Source: Patescibacteria group bacterium (GTDB taxonomy: Bacteria > Patescibacteriota > Patescibacteriia > UBA9934). From it: a DNA stretch of 64,000 nt. The first letter of the stretch is position 1. Every line of letters starts with the position of its first letter. The position numbers and the translations under genes were made by a program. Under the pieces are notes generated by a model. The model saw only the letters and a program-made list of their open reading frames with translations. It did no database searches and had not been told where the DNA came from. Location: NCBI GenBank assembly GCA_041660165.1, contig JBAZWW010000005.1:16191-80190 (forward strand), given 5' to 3'. Of this stretch, positions 47,217 to 58,513 are shown piece after piece.

Positions 47217-48224
47217 ATGCCCACCATCTATCGTAAACACATGACGCGCGATTTGGCGTTGTTTGGGTGCGAATATTGGTGGGAGGGGGAGCGCAGAGAA
47301 ATTTCGAAGATGTTTTCGGGATCTGGGTATGGAATGAATCCCTTCTTTGTCTCTACGCCGGGTTTTGGCGTGGGCGTGCATTACGATTGGTATAGCGAGG
47401 AGGATGATCCTATTCGTTTGGCCGAGCATTTCAATGCGCATGAAAGCGAAGTTTTCGGCTGGATTGCCAGCCATGAGGCGCGATGCGCGAAAGTGACCGA
47501 GCTCATAAGGTGGGCATCACCAGAGGATTTTGCATTGCTTCATGATGAAGTTATAGCCATGTGGCCCATGATTGTAGCGAGTAATTTGCCCGGTGATTTT
47601 GCAAAAGTAGCCAAGCCGGAGATTCGGGATAGTTTGTTTGCGCTCCGCTTAAAGACTGATCATGTTGCGTATGACGCCGGAGATGCGATGATTGAGATGG
47701 CCAAGGCGCTCGTGGGATCGGAATATGCGGATGACGTAAAGTTTTTGCGCCGTGCTGAGATTTTGACCGGCAAGTTTCCAGCTAGAGAAGAGCTTGATAA
47801 AAGAAAGCGCGGTTATATTTTTTCAGATGGTGAATTGCTTTTTATGTCACTCGACGAGTTCTTGGTGGCGAGAGATTTTGCGGTGGAAGTGCCTGACGCT
47901 GATCCTCGAGCGGTATCTGGTATCTGTGCCTGTCCCGGCATTATTCAAGGCGAGGTTCGGGTGCTCTATACGGTTGCCGATATTCCGCGTATGCACTCAG
48001 GCGACATCCTTGTCATGCCAATGACGACGCCAAATTTTCTCTCCGCCATAAAACTGGCCGGCGCGATTGTGACGGACGAGGGTGGTATCACTTGCCACGC
48101 GGCGATTGTGGCCAGGGAACTTGGCAAGCCATGTATCATTGGGACAAAGAATGCGACCGAAGCGTTGCACGATGGGGATCTGGTAGAGGTTGATGCTGAG
48201 AGGGGCATTGTCACAAAACTATGA
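47217..48224 (+). CDS. PEP-utilizing-enzyme swivel domain protein, paralog B
   Basis: GAIVTDEGGITCHAAIVARELGKPCIIGT..GDLVEVDAERGIV; N-terminal domain unrelated in sequence to A. Confidence 0.7.
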   Translation: MPTIYRKHMTRDLALFGCEYWWEGERREISKMFSGSGYGMNPFFVSTPGFGVGVHYDWYSEEDDPIRLAEHFNAHESEVFGWIASHEARCAKVTELIRWASPEDFALLHDEVIAMWPMIVASNLPGDFAKVAKPEIRDSLFALRLKTDHVAYDAGDAMIEMAKALVGSEYADDVKFLRRAEILTGKFPAREELDKRKRGYIFSDGELLFMSLDEFLVARDFAVEVPDADPRAVSGICACPGIIQGEVRVLYTVADIPRMHSGDILVMPMTTPNFLSAIKLAGAIVTDEGGITCHAAIVARELGKPCIIGTKNATEALHDGDLVEVDAERGIVTKL

Positions 48225-49309
48225 ATAAACCCGTCTTCACTTCAAACCAACCTTCTATAACCGAATGGTTTTCGGCTATTGGGAATGAGGCTGAGGCTTC
48301 AGCGTTTCGGGAGGAGGATAATAAGAAAGTTGATCGCTTAGAGTCGTTGTTTCAGGAAATTGGCCTGCCATATGAACGGCCGGAGGCGTTTGAGGCCGTG
48401 GAACTTACCGAGTGCTCGCCGAGGTTTGCGGATGTACTCGCACAAAAGGGAGATGAGTTGTGCGCGATTAGACTTGTGCCGAAGGATTCAAGTTTGCCGA
48501 AGCTGAGACAACGCGGGCTTCCTTTGAAAGAAACATATGAGAATTGGTACAAGAAACAGGACATTGAACCGGCAAAATATACGGCGTTTGTTTGCCCGCA
48601 CGCAGACGCGCTCCTGTGGGCGTCTACTTTTGTTATTGGCTATGAGGGGATCATCGGCGAGATTGTGCACGGCGGGCATTCGCAGTTAACACACGGGGAA
48701 AGCAAAGAGACGGTTTATAGATTTTCATACGATTGGAATAACTGGCAGTGGTCGGAATCAAGTGTTGAGGCTGAGGCCGAGGTGAATCGAACGCTCGAGT
48801 TGCTTCTCGTCAAGAATCCGGATGTGCAACACTCGCTTAAAGAAAAGCTTGGCGTCGAGTTTGTGAAGGGGTATCTTGTTGGCTATTTTGAAACTACGGT
48901 GTGGCCGGATAACAAGGTTTACTTCATTGATTTTAATCGCGTACTCCAGAAGTTAGTCTCGTTGCCATTGCACTCGGACACAAATGACACAGAACGGTGG
49001 GGAGCAACGGCATTTGGCGGGATTGCAAGAGGGACGGTACGGATTGTGACCGAGGCATCCCTCGAATCCGCACTCTTCGAGTCTGGCGACATTCTAGTAT
49101 GCGACAACACGGACGTTCGGTATCTCCCGCTCATGCAAAAAGCCGGGGCAATTATAACTGATCGAGGAGGCATCCTGAGCCACGCCGCGATTGTGGCGCG
49201 AGAACTCAAGAAACCCTGCATCATTGGCACAAAGAATGGAACAGGTAAGCTGAAAGAGGGGATTCTAGTAGAAGTAGATGCTGAAAAGGGCCAGGTGCGA
49301 GTTTTGTAG
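48221..49309 (+). CDS. PEP-utilizing-enzyme swivel domain protein, paralog C
   Basis: GAIITDRGGILSHAAIVARELKKPCIIGT..GILVEVDAEKGQV (His retained, TCH->LSH); 4-nt overlap with B. Confidence 0.7.
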   Translation: MNKPVFTSNQPSITEWFSAIGNEAEASAFREEDNKKVDRLESLFQEIGLPYERPEAFEAVELTECSPRFADVLAQKGDELCAIRLVPKDSSLPKLRQRGLPLKETYENWYKKQDIEPAKYTAFVCPHADALLWASTFVIGYEGIIGEIVHGGHSQLTHGESKETVYRFSYDWNNWQWSESSVEAEAEVNRTLELLLVKNPDVQHSLKEKLGVEFVKGYLVGYFETTVWPDNKVYFIDFNRVLQKLVSLPLHSDTNDTERWGATAFGGIARGTVRIVTEASLESALFESGDILVCDNTDVRYLPLMQKAGAIITDRGGILSHAAIVARELKKPCIIGTKNGTGKLKEGILVEVDAEKGQVRVL

Positions 49310-49347
49310 AAGTGTGGTGTAATAGTCTTGCTTATCAGCAGCACCCT

Positions 49348-49626
49348 ATGATCAAAGACTTTGACGAGCTTTATTCTAAGCTCACACAGCATATTGATGA
49401 CAAAAACCGGGATACGGTTGATTTGCTGAAACAAGATATAAAAGCCGCGAAGACTGAGTTGCGTGAGGAGTTTCGCACTACTACTAAGGAGATCCGGCAG
49501 GAGATGCACGTTATGAAGGACGAGATCTTGACGGGAGTGGGCGAGATGCTTGACGGCGGTATTACTCCTCAGATCGAAGAACACGAAAATCGTCTTTTGA
49601 AACTTGAGGATAAAATCGCAGCCTAA
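49348..49626 (+). CDS. small coiled-coil protein
   Basis: heptad-rich 92-aa ORF. Confidence 0.35.
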   Translation: MIKDFDELYSKLTQHIDDKNRDTVDLLKQDIKAAKTELREEFRTTTKEIRQEMHVMKDEILTGVGEMLDGGITPQIEEHENRLLKLEDKIAA

Positions 49627-49629
49627 ATT

Positions 49630-50298
49630 GTGATCACCAAAGCCCAAGAGAAATTGATTCAGGAACTTGTTTCGAACAAAAAGACCCGCCGGGAGCGTGG
49701 AATGTTTTTGATCGAGGGGGCAAAGTTTGTGAAGGATGCGAAGAAGTATTTGGAGTTTTCATTTACCAGTAAAGATTCTTACAATTTTCGAGATCTGATT
49801 TCGACTGAGACTCCGCAGTCAGTGGCAGGAGTCGCAAGGATCCCGCAATTCACTATCGAGAACGTAGCTAAGTGCAAAGTGATTGTGGTGCTCGACAATG
49901 TGCAAGACCCCGGCAATGTGGGGACGATCATGCGGGCTTGCCTTGCTTTTGACGCCGGCCTCATCCTTGTTGATTCCGCTGACCCGACAAACCCGAAATC
50001 TGTTAGAGCGAGCGCGGCTGCTATTTTGAAAACGCCGTGGATTGAGACGGGCAAGTTTGAAGCGGTTGAGATGATCGCAGGTTTGGACAGACCGGTTTAC
50101 AAGCTTGAACTCCGTGCCGGTGCAAAACCCATTAACGAGATCCCAAAGAAACCGCTCGTTCTCATTGCCGGTAATGAAGGTCGTGGTGTTACACTTGAGA
50201 TCCCCGATGCGCTCTCAACGTATATTCCGCAAAATGTAGAGCTCGAATCCTTGAACGTAGCCATGGCGACAACGATTGCCTTGTACGAATTATCCTAA
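49630..50298 (+). CDS. SpoU/TrmH-family RNA 2'-O-methyltransferase
   Basis: SPOUT motifs GNVGTIMRAC, LIAGNEGRGV, SLNVAMATTIALYEL. Confidence 0.8.
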   Translation: MITKAQEKLIQELVSNKKTRRERGMFLIEGAKFVKDAKKYLEFSFTSKDSYNFRDLISTETPQSVAGVARIPQFTIENVAKCKVIVVLDNVQDPGNVGTIMRACLAFDAGLILVDSADPTNPKSVRASAAAILKTPWIETGKFEAVEMIAGLDRPVYKLELRAGAKPINEIPKKPLVLIAGNEGRGVTLEIPDALSTYIPQNVELESLNVAMATTIALYELS

Positions 50299-50372
50299 AT
50301 TGAACAGCCACCCCCTTAGAGTCGTCGCGCGAGGGCGGCGTTCAAGGTGGTGGCTTTGTTGTTGGCCGAGGC

Positions 50373-51074
50373 CTAGTGCTCGATGCCGTCGGTTCCCATG
50401 GTCCGCAGAACCATGGCCCGTTCTTTGATGTAGTCCGCGACGTCCGGGGGAAGCTGGCTGACCACAGCTGTGAAGTCATCTTCCCGGTATCGCATGGCGT
50501 CCCACAGCAACTCATGGAGGTTGTCGTGGCTGATGTGGCCGCATTGAAAGACCCGGTCGAGCATTTGTTCGTCCCACGAACTTTTGTCGAGCCTGCGGTC
50601 CACGGCGATCGCGCTCGCCAGGTTTTGCAGAACGATGAGCACCGCTTCATCCCGCGCCTGGGCCACTTGGCGCGGGCCATCGTGCTTCCCTTTACTCTGG
50701 AGAAGCAGTGCGCCTACGTGCATCACCTGATGAAGCGCGTGCAGGTGCATGAGCGTTCGGTCTTCAGCCACCTGCCTCATGAGCTCTGCGCGCGCCTTTG
50801 CCCGAGCGAGCGCGAATTCGTAGCCGTTCGGCATGTCCACGGCCATGTGGACAATGATGACGAGGACGAGCGCGAAGACTCCGATCACGCCGATCACCAG
50901 GCACTGAACTACGATAACGCCGGCCATGACGGTGAAGGCCCAACCGAAGTTGGTGATCATGTACACCGCCGTCCACGCTCCGAGCAGGCAAGCACCGGCG
51001 CTCCCCGCGAGTACGGAGATGACGATGAGGGCCTTGCGGAGCCAGACGGCCGCCTTGTTTATGAACTGTTTCAT
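50373..51074 (-). CDS. hypothetical membrane protein in GC-rich islet
   Basis: 3 TM + His-rich cytoplasmic domain; ~62% GC; long antisense ORF is a GC artefact. Confidence 0.45.
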   Translation of the reverse strand: MKQFINKAAVWLRKALIVISVLAGSAGACLLGAWTAVYMITNFGWAFTVMAGVIVVQCLVIGVIGVFALVLVIIVHMAVDMPNGYEFALARAKARAELMRQVAEDRTLMHLHALHQVMHVGALLLQSKGKHDGPRQVAQARDEAVLIVLQNLASAIAVDRRLDKSSWDEQMLDRVFQCGHISHDNLHELLWDAMRYREDDFTAVVSQLPPDVADYIKERAMVLRTMGTDGIEH

Positions 51075-51078
51075 CTGA

Positions 51079-52574
<1,496 letters not shown>

Positions 52575-52616
52575 GATGAGAGCGGGGTCTTGCAAAGACT
52601 GCTATAATCTCTCCGT

Positions 52617-53000
52617 ATGCCCTCAGCTGAGGCCACGTTCCGCATTGTGCGTGATCTGACGCTCGACGTAGCGTATTTTCCGTTGTGGTGGTATTCGGCG
52701 GGGTTGCTTGAAAGGTTTAAGGGGACGGGGGAGCTGATCCAGGGGAGTGCGAGGAGCTTGCAGTTGACGCTCTGGATCCGAAACATTTTCACGCCCATGT
52801 ACGGGCAATATGACTGGCAGAGCAGACTCATTAGTATTTTCATGCGGTGCGTGCAGATTATTGGCAGGTTTCTCGCGCTGGTGTTTTTTTCTGTGCTGGC
52901 GCTTGTGCTTCTTGGCTTGTACATTTTTGGGCCCATCGCGCTCGTGCTTCTTCTTGTCTATCACGGTTTTTTAAGCGGATCCGCATCATATGGAGGATAA
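52617..53000 (+). CDS. hypothetical membrane protein
   Basis: 3-4 TM; overlaps start of next gene. Confidence 0.4.
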   Translation: MPSAEATFRIVRDLTLDVAYFPLWWYSAGLLERFKGTGELIQGSARSLQLTLWIRNIFTPMYGQYDWQSRLISIFMRCVQIIGRFLALVFFSVLALVLLGLYIFGPIALVLLLVYHGFLSGSASYGG

Positions 53001-55590
53001 CCGCCCCGGCGTTCGCGCTGGCGACAGAATGTACGTTTGGAAAGCGGAGGTAAATTCCGTGGCCACGGCCCATGCCCGCGGATTATTGAAGGCGCGAAAA
53101 GTTGCCATGATGGCGGGCTTTGTGCTTAGTGTTATTTCGATTTTGGGTTTTGCAGGATTGCTAACGCTGGCAGAGCAACAATCAGGAGCGGGCGTTGCAT
53201 TTTTCACCACTCCGCACTCGCTTGTAGCTTTACTTCCGCTTGGGCTATTGCTGTTCTGCTTTGCTTTTTTTGAGCGCCAGATGATTTTGCGAGTCATTGC
53301 CAAGATGCCGGCAGGAGAGATTGAGTATGAGGAAGGCGTGAACGCGCAAATGAGCGGAGACTTTTCTGAAATGTTTGACGCTGAGGCCGTGAAGGCCGTT
53401 GAAGACGCGTTTGCGGTGGCAGAGAAAAACGGAGATGCAAGCGTAGGCTCGATTCATTTATTTGTTGGGGCCATTGGCACGCCTGCCGGGCAGATTCTTT
53501 TTGCTAGACTCGGTCTGAGCATTGAGAGCATGAAGGCCCAGCTCAGGCGTCATCTTGGGATAGAAACAAAAGGTGAGACGACCTTTGATGACAGAGCGAT
53601 GGGCATCCTGGCGCGGGCGTTCATGCTGGCGCAAAGAGGCGGGCGCCCGCATGTTTCAAGTTTAGATATTTTGGCGGCCTGTTATTCTGCGGATGAATTT
53701 TTCCCGCAGTTGTTTGAGGAATTTAGCATTCCAAGCGCAGAACTCAACAATGCGCTTCACTGGATGTTTATTACCGAAGAATTGCAGGAACGCTATCACT
53801 CGCTCCGCAGGGCCGCGGCCTTCAAACCCACGGGCAACATGGATCGCGCTATGACGGCTATTGCTACGCCGTTTCTTGACTCAGTCAGCGAGGATCTGAC
53901 GCGTGATGCGGTGTATGGCCGAACCGGTTTGCTAGTTGGGCGCGATGAGGAACTCGCATCAGTGTTTCGAGCTATTGAGGGAGGCAATACGAGCGTGGTG
54001 CTTGTTGGCCCGTCCGGTGTTGGCAAGTCGGCAATCATCGACGGCATTGCAGACCTCATGGTTGAAGAGAAGGTGCCGAAGATCCTTGAAGACAAACGTT
54101 TACTCAAAATCTCGATCCCGCACATTGTGAGCGCGCAAGGTGGAAAAGGTGCCGAGGAACGGCTTTTGTACGCGCTCCGAGAAGTGGGACATTCAGGCAA
54201 TATCGTCCTTGTGATCGAGGATATCCATGAGCTGGTTGGCACGGGGTCAGGAACGGGCATTGATCTCTCTTCTATTTTGTCGAGCGAGCTTGAGAAGGGC
54301 TACACCTTTGTCATCGCGACTACCACTGCGCAAGGTTATACCGAAGCGGTCGAGCGATCAGTCCTCGGCAAGCGACTTGAGCGGATTGTGATCGCCGAGC
54401 CTGATCGGGATCTCGCTATCAGAATTATCGAGGCGAAAATTGGAGGCATTGAGGGGAAGCATCATGTCGTCTTCACGTACGGAGCGCTTGCTTCCGCGGT
54501 TGATCTCTCTATCCGTTATCTTCATGACGGCGTGCTTCCTGAAAAAGCGATTGCCCTTCTGCGCGAGGTAGCGCTGACGGTTTCCAAAAAAGGCGCAGGC
54601 TTGCAGTGGGTGATGAAGGAAGACGTGGCGGAAATGATTCACGCTAAGACGAACATTGCTGTCACGGAGGTCACGCAGGATGAGGGGGCAAAGCTTTTGA
54701 ACCTTGAGGCAAAATTGCATGAGCGATTGATTGGCCAGGAGACGGCGGTCTCTGCTGTTTCTTCAGCACTTAGGCGAGCACGAACTGAGATGCGGAGCGA
54801 AGGGAAACCTATCGCGAACTTTTTGTTCCTTGGTCCCACGGGTGTTGGAAAAACCGAGCTGGCAAAAGCCACGGCCGAAGTATTTTTTGGCAACGAGCAA
54901 TCCATGACGCGTTTTGACATGAGCGAGTATCAGAACAAGGAATCGGTTTCGAGGTTGATTGGTGGTAACGGCCAGGGCGGACAGCTGACCGAGGCGATTC
55001 GGCGCAATCCATTCTGTTTGCTCTTGCTCGACGAGCTTGAAAAAGCGCATCCCGACATTTTGAACTTGTTCCTTCAGGTAATGGATGATGGGCGGTTGAC
55101 CGATGGACTCGGCCAGACGGTTGATTTCACAAACGTCATTTTGATTGCAACCTCGAATGCCGGCACTCAATACATTCAAGACGAGGTAGCCAAGGGAACC
55201 GGACTGCCGATTATCCGTGAGGCGCTGATGGCGGGCGAGCTCAAGAGCCTATTCCGGCCAGAATTCCTTAACCGGTTTAACGACGTGATCGTGTTCTCGC
55301 CGTTGACTGAGGCGGATGTCACCGCGATTGCGTATTTGATGATCGACAAGGTGAAAAAGCGCATGGAGGCTAAGGGAATCTCACTCGAGGTGGGCGATGC
55401 AGCCATTCACGAGCTTGGCCGGCTTGGTTATGATCCTAAATTTGGCGCCAGGCCATTGCGACGAACGATCGAGGAAAAACTTGAGAACAAGCTGGCTGAT
55501 GAATTGTTGCGGGGATCATTTGAGCGGAGAGATACAATTATTTTTGACGTAGGGGGGAAAATTGAGGTAAGAAAGGCGGAGAAACTTTGA
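52990..55590 (+). CDS. Clp/Hsp100-family AAA+ ATPase (ClpC/ClpB-like, two NBDs) with N-terminal membrane anchor
   Basis: two TM helices before a Clp_N-like domain; NBD1 Walker A GPSGVGKS, NBD2 GPTGVGKT; short middle region, no obvious ClpP-binding IGF loop; true start may be internal Met. Confidence 0.8.
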   Translation: MEDNRPGVRAGDRMYVWKAEVNSVATAHARGLLKARKVAMMAGFVLSVISILGFAGLLTLAEQQSGAGVAFFTTPHSLVALLPLGLLLFCFAFFERQMILRVIAKMPAGEIEYEEGVNAQMSGDFSEMFDAEAVKAVEDAFAVAEKNGDASVGSIHLFVGAIGTPAGQILFARLGLSIESMKAQLRRHLGIETKGETTFDDRAMGILARAFMLAQRGGRPHVSSLDILAACYSADEFFPQLFEEFSIPSAELNNALHWMFITEELQERYHSLRRAAAFKPTGNMDRAMTAIATPFLDSVSEDLTRDAVYGRTGLLVGRDEELASVFRAIEGGNTSVVLVGPSGVGKSAIIDGIADLMVEEKVPKILEDKRLLKISIPHIVSAQGGKGAEERLLYALREVGHSGNIVLVIEDIHELVGTGSGTGIDLSSILSSELEKGYTFVIATTTAQGYTEAVERSVLGKRLERIVIAEPDRDLAIRIIEAKIGGIEGKHHVVFTYGALASAVDLSIRYLHDGVLPEKAIALLREVALTVSKKGAGLQWVMKEDVAEMIHAKTNIAVTEVTQDEGAKLLNLEAKLHERLIGQETAVSAVSSALRRARTEMRSEGKPIANFLFLGPTGVGKTELAKATAEVFFGNEQSMTRFDMSEYQNKESVSRLIGGNGQGGQLTEAIRRNPFCLLLLDELEKAHPDILNLFLQVMDDGRLTDGLGQTVDFTNVILIATSNAGTQYIQDEVAKGTGLPIIREALMAGELKSLFRPEFLNRFNDVIVFSPLTEADVTAIAYLMIDKVKKRMEAKGISLEVGDAAIHELGRLGYDPKFGARPLRRTIEEKLENKLADELLRGSFERRDTIIFDVGGKIEVRKAEKL

Positions 55591-55670
55591 TCCCATCCCG
55601 ACGACAGGAGGGATAGTATTTCATCCGAAGATCCTCGGCTAGAATGCTACCCCTCCTCACGTCGGGGTGG
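55589..55670. repeat. inverted pair of CATCCCGACG..GGAGGGA-family repeats upstream of wecA-like gene
   Basis: GATCCCATCCCGACGACAGGAGGGAT (55589-55614) and CCCCTCCTCACGTCGGGGTGG (55650-55670) form an imperfect hairpin with ~35-nt loop. Confidence 0.45.
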
Positions 55671-56722
55671 AGACAGTGGTTATGCCGATCTGGTTCCCGT
55701 TTCCCATCATCGCAAGCTTTGTCCTGACCGCACTATTCGTCCCTGCGGTGATTGCGGTTGCGAAGCGTTTTGGGATACTCGACAAGCCAACTGGCGGACG
55801 GAAGATTCACACCTTACCAACTCCGCTCATGGGCGGGCTGGCGTTGTTCCTTGGTTTTCTCATTCCAGTAATTGTAGTTCTTTTGGCAAGCAATCATCTG
55901 ACGAGCGGGCAGATTGGACTTCGGCACTACTTCGGTTTTGCGTTGGCTGGAACGGTTCTCATGGTCGGTGGAATACTCGACGACAAATTTAATCTCTCGC
56001 CAAAGAAAAGCATTTGGTTCCCGGTGCTCGCCGCCTTGATTGCGAGTCTTGCAGGAATCGGCGTCTCGAAAATCACGAATCCGTTCGGCGGTGCCATTTT
56101 CGTCATGCCAATCGTGTCTGGCGTAATGACGTTCGTCTGGCTCCTCGTCATGTCGTATGCGACGAAGTTGCTCGATGGTGTGGACGGTTTAGCGGCGAGC
56201 GTTGGGACGACTGCCTCACTCGCAATCACGGCCCTCGCGCTTAGCAAAATGTACTTCCAGCCTGATGTAGCACTTCTTTCAATGATGTTCGCGGCTTCGT
56301 TGCTCGGCTTCTTGCTGTGGAACTTTCCACGAGCGCGAATTTTCCTTGGCGAAGGCGGGAGTACGTTTCTGGGTTTCACCCTTGGCACGCTCGCCATTAT
56401 TTCCGGGAGCAAGATGATCACGCTTCTCCTGGTCCTTGGCATCCCGTGCCTAGACATTATTCACGTAGCGTATAGGCGATACTCCGAGGGACGTTCAATT
56501 ACGTCCGGCGATAGATACCACTTTCATCATTTGCTGTTCGATGCAGGCTTGAGCGAAAGACAAGTGGTGGCGGTGTACGCGCTGTTTACCATTCCCTTTG
56601 GCAGTGCCACGCTGTTCTTTTCACATGCGTACAAGTTGTTCATTTTGCTTGGTCTCTCGATCCTCTTTCTAGTCGTTGCCAGCTTCCTGTATCATAAGCA
56701 TAATGTTGTCATCCCGACGTGA
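55667..56722 (+). CDS. glycosyltransferase family 4 (MraY/WecA-type polyprenyl-phosphate hexosamine-1-phosphate transferase)
   Basis: 10-11 TM; GILDKPTGGRKIHTLPTPLMGGLA and DGVDGLA motifs. Confidence 0.8.
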   Translation: METVVMPIWFPFPIIASFVLTALFVPAVIAVAKRFGILDKPTGGRKIHTLPTPLMGGLALFLGFLIPVIVVLLASNHLTSGQIGLRHYFGFALAGTVLMVGGILDDKFNLSPKKSIWFPVLAALIASLAGIGVSKITNPFGGAIFVMPIVSGVMTFVWLLVMSYATKLLDGVDGLAASVGTTASLAITALALSKMYFQPDVALLSMMFAASLLGFLLWNFPRARIFLGEGGSTFLGFTLGTLAIISGSKMITLLLVLGIPCLDIIHVAYRRYSEGRSITSGDRYHFHHLLFDAGLSERQVVAVYALFTIPFGSATLFFSHAYKLFILLGLSILFLVVASFLYHKHNVVIPT

Positions 56723-56787
56723 GGAGGGATCTGCATTGAACGATAGTTTCTGATGGTAATTCAGATCCCTCGCTTTGCTCGGGATGA
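56706..56787. repeat. inverted pair of the same 28-bp repeat family at wecA 3' end
   Basis: TTGTCATCCCGACGTGAGGAGGGATCTG (56706-56733, perfect reverse complement of 51827-51854) and CAGATCCCTCGCTTTGCTCGGGATGAC (56761-56787) with 27-nt spacer. Confidence 0.5.
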
Positions 56788-57289
56788 CACAAATAACACT
56801 ATGTCCGAACATCAATCAGGCATGCCGGGAATTGTGAAGACCAGCCTTCAGCTGTTGGGCGTCTTTGTGGTACTGATGATTGCGCTGACGGTTTTCTCGA
56901 AGGTCTCGTTTAGATCAACCACGAAAACTGTAACGATCGCTGGCCGAGGCTATGACGTCCTTGTGGCGAACACGCCCGAAGGACGCTACCAGGGATTATC
57001 GGGCAAGACCATTCAGGGTATGCACGCCGAAGGCATGATCTTTACGTTTCCAACCGTTGAGGAAAGAACATTTGAAATGCGCCGGATGCTTTTCCCCTTG
57101 GATTTTCTCTGGGTGCACGATGGGCTGATTGTAAAAATTGATCAGGATATTCCTGCGCCGAAGGGAAAAGAAAAACCGGCCAAGATTTCCTCAGCGCCGT
57201 ATGCGGTAGAAACGGTCTTTGAGTTTCCGGCGGGCTTTGTGAAAACGAACCATCTCAATCTTGGCGATTCGGTCCTCGGCGTTAAATAA
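56753..57289 (+). CDS. DUF192 family protein
   Basis: GLSGKT..GMIFTFP..FPLDFLWV..DGLIVKI pattern; start probably Met at 56801, since upstream part is repeat-encoded. Confidence 0.5.
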   Translation: MVIQIPRFARDDTNNTMSEHQSGMPGIVKTSLQLLGVFVVLMIALTVFSKVSFRSTTKTVTIAGRGYDVLVANTPEGRYQGLSGKTIQGMHAEGMIFTFPTVEERTFEMRRMLFPLDFLWVHDGLIVKIDQDIPAPKGKEKPAKISSAPYAVETVFEFPAGFVKTNHLNLGDSVLGVK

Positions 57290-58403
57290 CCATGAGTGCC
57301 GTGGCAATGCCGATAACGGCTATGACGTGGACAGCAAGTGGCAATCGGCGCCAGTGCATCTTGGCCATGAGCGTGATGATGAGCATGAAGCTTAAAAAGA
57401 CAATGGCGGCGAGGTAGAATTTTGTTACGGTATCTTGGAGATTATTGACGCTGAAAACGCCCAGGACTTTTACTTTAGGCGAGTTGCTTTCAAAGGCGTA
57501 CACATCTTGTGGAGTTGAGCCGGGAGCAACGAGCGCCACTTGGTTGACTGACTCGGCGCCAGTTCCATTTGTGACAATGGTCAGCGGTTCGCCGTTTTTT
57601 GAAACGGTATTTTTATCGTAAGGAACGGATCCCTGCCAGGTATTGGCTGAGGTCTGTTTGAGCTCAACGGAAGCGTTGCCAAGGTGAGCGGACGCGCTGA
57701 CGGCTGTGGGCGCAGTGAGCGCCACGCTGTAAGAATTTTTAGCGGGGGTTACCGAGACGTTTGCTTCCAGAATAGGCTCAGCGGGGGCTTGGATGCTCGA
57801 CGATTTTCCGAAATGCTCGACTACAAAAACCGCGGGGTAGCCGTTGTACGTTCCTTGGGCCACGCCTACGCCAATGTCTGAGTAGCGGGTATCGACAATA
57901 TTCGCTCTATGAGTTGGCGAGGCCATCCAGCCCGCGTTCACGTCTTCTGCCTGGGTGAAATACACCGCGAGATTCTCGCCGGCGTATTTGTATTGGTACC
58001 CCGTGCCTTTGATCCATGACCATGGCGTGACACCGCTTGGCGAGTTGTGGGCAAAGTATTGATTGACCATCATGTCTTCTGCCTTGTTTTGGGCCGAGGC
58101 GTCGAGTTTCTGGTCTTCATGAAGTGTCCCAAGATCGAGGTTTTTCCTAGTTTCATTCGTGAGCGAGATGATGTTGGTGGGCGTGATAGCTGAGGAGAAG
58201 AGACTGGCGGCGGGCAGGGCAATAGCGGCTGAGAGCGCGAAGAATTTTAGGAAGACTAAGGCCACGCTATAGCCAAAAAGCGCCGTATGCCCAATGGCAT
58301 GGGGCGTATGCTTATTTCCGCGGTGGGGCAGGAAGTGGTCCCGAAGAAAGTGTTTTTTGGCCTTTTTCACGGGGGAATTATAGCACGGCCGGCATTTGAC
58401 CAA
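57282..58403 (-). CDS. CAP/SCP (PR-1-like) domain protein, membrane-anchored
   Basis: CAP motifs (HNSPSG.., YKYAGENLAVYF, GWMASPTHRANIV..YSDIGVGVA); TM helices at both ends. Confidence 0.7.
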   Translation of the reverse strand: MVKCRPCYNSPVKKAKKHFLRDHFLPHRGNKHTPHAIGHTALFGYSVALVFLKFFALSAAIALPAASLFSSAITPTNIISLTNETRKNLDLGTLHEDQKLDASAQNKAEDMMVNQYFAHNSPSGVTPWSWIKGTGYQYKYAGENLAVYFTQAEDVNAGWMASPTHRANIVDTRYSDIGVGVAQGTYNGYPAVFVVEHFGKSSSIQAPAEPILEANVSVTPAKNSYSVALTAPTAVSASAHLGNASVELKQTSANTWQGSVPYDKNTVSKNGEPLTIVTNGTGAESVNQVALVAPGSTPQDVYAFESNSPKVKVLGVFSVNNLQDTVTKFYLAAIVFLSFMLIITLMAKMHWRRLPLAVHVIAVIGIATALMVI

Positions 58404-58513
58404 ATTGGCTGTCTTTGTTAAACTCTCCGGGATTCAATTCTTGAATTCGGCTTGCGTAAGGCTTTAAAGTTCTATCGAGTTTCCTCGATGACGCCCGAGC
58501 AGCACAAAAACCT

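Noticed and set aside
55589-56787. Integron-like attC sites flanking the wecA-like gene
   Set aside because: The hairpin pairs lack attC core/inverse-core sequences (GTTRRRY/RYYYAAC) and no intI is present in the window.
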